A DNA stretch of 64,000 bases from Felis catus (lineage: Eukaryota), in contig NC_058383.1 in the NCBI RefSeq assembly GCF_018350175.1, positions 11,966,001-12,030,000 on the forward strand. The letters are read 5' to 3'. This document shows, piece after piece, positions 63,623 to 64,000 of this stretch. The number at the start of each line of letters is the position of its first letter. Positions within the stretch are counted from its first letter, which is position 1. Position numbers and translations under genes: made by a program. The notes under the pieces were generated by a model. It was not told the origin of the DNA, ran no database searches, and was given only the letters and a program-made list of their open reading frames with translations.

Positions 63623-64000
63623 CTAAACAGACATTTTCCAATCAAGGCCCCATACCAAGGCACATCACACACAGTTGAAACTCAGTATTTATTGTACGGG
63701 TAAATGGAAGCAAAGAAGGAAGAAAGGGAAAGAGAGAGGGACAGGGGAAGTCTGGCTAATTTCGAAGCAGGAGAAATTCCAGACGACATGACCATGGCTC
63801 ACCTCAACTCACCACAAAGCGCCGTCCCATCTGTAGAAATATTTCAGAGGGGGACCTGGTACTCTGGGTCCAGGATGGCTTGGACACAACATTTCCTCTT
63901 ACGTCCTGCTCTCTTCCAGAATGGTCTCTTTCTTTTTGGGGAGTTGGCTGGGGAGAGCGGGGTTAGAACCCTTCCTCTTGGCCTCTGCCTCAAGACTTCA

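Noticed and set aside
1-64000. CRISPR array, operon or other prokaryotic system
   Set aside because: The sequence is mammalian; recurring ~200-bp units are dispersed SINEs, not regularly spaced repeats

Overview
Mammalian non-coding DNA from a feliform carnivore, most likely a cat-family species. About 30 tRNA-derived CanSINEs match the felid SINEC_Fc type. The assembly is draft grade, with four N-gaps. I find no credible host protein-coding exon, rRNA or functional tRNA. The long ORFs in the track are SINE, microsatellite, N-gap or GC-rich artefacts, or decayed retroviral pol. The window is an intergenic or large-intron landscape of layered mobile DNA: two decayed ERV-L pol/integrase/dUTPase segments, several old L1 and L2 fragments, MaLR/MLT2/MER21/MER34/LTR16-type LTRs, Tigger/hAT MITEs and SINEs with clear target-site duplications (TSDs). 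Between the repeats are unique islands with enhancer-like motif clusters, including a dense GATA cluster at ~38.0 kb and a CpG-rich NRF1/Sp1/POU island at ~30.3-31.3 kb. The most unusual sequence-level observations are four: a 46-bp orphan insert flanked by an 18-bp direct repeat at an L1 endonuclease site (55750-55831), a tail-to-tail inverted SINE pair lacking both inner TSDs (56583-57010), SINE fragments not explained by ordinary retrotransposition, and an L2 apparently nested inside an ERV-L. No novel coding system is evident. Repeat family names are from recalled consensus sequences, not a database search.
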